Assembly (NCBI GenBank): GCA_046753905.1
Contig: JBHHUU010000001.1
Coordinates: forward strand, 1 to 52,475
Length of the DNA: 52,475 bases
From: Nitrospirota bacterium
GTDB taxonomy: Bacteria > Nitrospirota > Nitrospiria > JBHHUU01
Reading direction: 5' to 3'
Every line of letters begins with the position of its first letter. Within the stretch, counting starts at the first letter, position 1. The position numbers and the translations under genes were made by a program. Positions 52,206-52,475 of this stretch are shown in pieces. The notes under the pieces are model-generated. The model saw nothing but the letters and a program-made list of their open reading frames with translations, was not told where the DNA came from and searched no databases.

Positions 52206-52475
52206 ATGCAAGAAAAGGATATCAAAAGGATAGTGAAAAAGCAATTAAAGAAAAACTTTTCTCATTGGAATCGGCTTGAAGACCCTTGCCTAACAGGTAT
52301 TAAGGAGCAAAGTTGGGTGGGGGAGAATAGATGGATACCCAATCTACCCCCTTATGTAATAGAATCCCAATATTCCCCCTCTTATGTAATAGAATCACCG
52401 ATATTTCCCCCTCTTATGTACTTAACATGTCCCACATTTTCTACTGGACAAATCAGGGTGATAATGAATGTGGGG
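52206..52475 (+). CDS. Partial ORF open to the window end; coding status doubtful beyond about 52290
   Basis: AAGGAG Shine-Dalgarno sequence 6 nt upstream of ATG 52206. There is no stop codon in 90 codons. The downstream part is made of DNA-level direct repeats that are not conserved in frame. Confidence 0.3.
   Translation, partial: MQEKDIKRIVKKQLKKNFSHWNRLEDPCLTGIKEQSWVGENRWIPNLPPYVIESQYSPSYVIESPIFPPLMYLTCPTFSTGQIRVIMNVG
52347..52426. repeat. Three direct repeats of about 20-22 bp at 30-32 bp spacing
   Basis: cccccttatgtaatagaatc (52347), ccccctcttatgtaatagaatc (52375) and ccccctcttatgtacttaac (52407). An 8-bp inverted repeat follows: cccacatt (52431) facing aatgtggg (52467). Confidence 0.8.

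Noticed and set aside
52347-52426. Possible short CRISPR array at the window end
   Set aside because: There are only three repeats of 20-22 bp, separated by about 8-10 bp instead of 30-40-bp unique spacers. The repeat units are imperfect and no cas genes are present. They are better described as tandem or direct repeats.

Overview
This is a 52.5-kb AT-rich chromosomal segment from a diderm bacterium. Supporting genes are lipid-A genes lpxC and lpxD-fabZ-lpxA, skp, and barrel proteins ending in a C-terminal Phe. Lineage cannot be determined from the sequence. An uncultured multiheme-cytochrome-rich anaerobe (Nitrospirota-like) is only a guess. About 46 genes are densely packed on both strands. 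I found no rRNA, tRNA or CRISPR, and no recognisable phage or defence genes.

Housekeeping content:
- hflKC
- hemA-hemC with a ccsA/hemX-like gene
- a two-subunit pyruvate carboxylase
- RNase G preceded by the usual radical-SAM/DUF2344 gene
- nth, recO, mgtE
- a Pho cluster (phoB/phoR-like, phosphate porin, pstS)

Non-standard content, roughly in order of interest:
1. A Rieske/cytochrome b operon (7573-3452, minus strand). Its subunit-IV gene carries an N-terminal CBS pair. A membrane-anchored nonaheme plus a tetraheme cytochrome c occupy the c1/f position.
2. A translationally coupled operon of an ATP-grasp-like ligase, a glutaredoxin-like protein and a short KamA-type 2,3-aminomutase (30084-32820). 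It has no lysine-fermentation or acetyltransferase partners.
3. A glycosylation locus (8822-17671). It holds two tandem membrane/TPR (GT-C/TMTC-like) paralogs whose 3' ends share a 503-bp block that looks 100 percent identical.
4. A roughly 185-bp MITE-like family with about 30-bp terminal inverted repeats and 8-bp target-site duplications. There are three full copies and one edge copy.
5. Pervasive 7-nt (some 8-9-nt) tandem arrays. They form intergenic hairpin arms and also sit in frame inside coding sequences as loops, a domain linker and a signal peptide.
6. A TatD-radical-SAM fusion gene.

All functional calls rest on motif recognition by eye. No database search was run.
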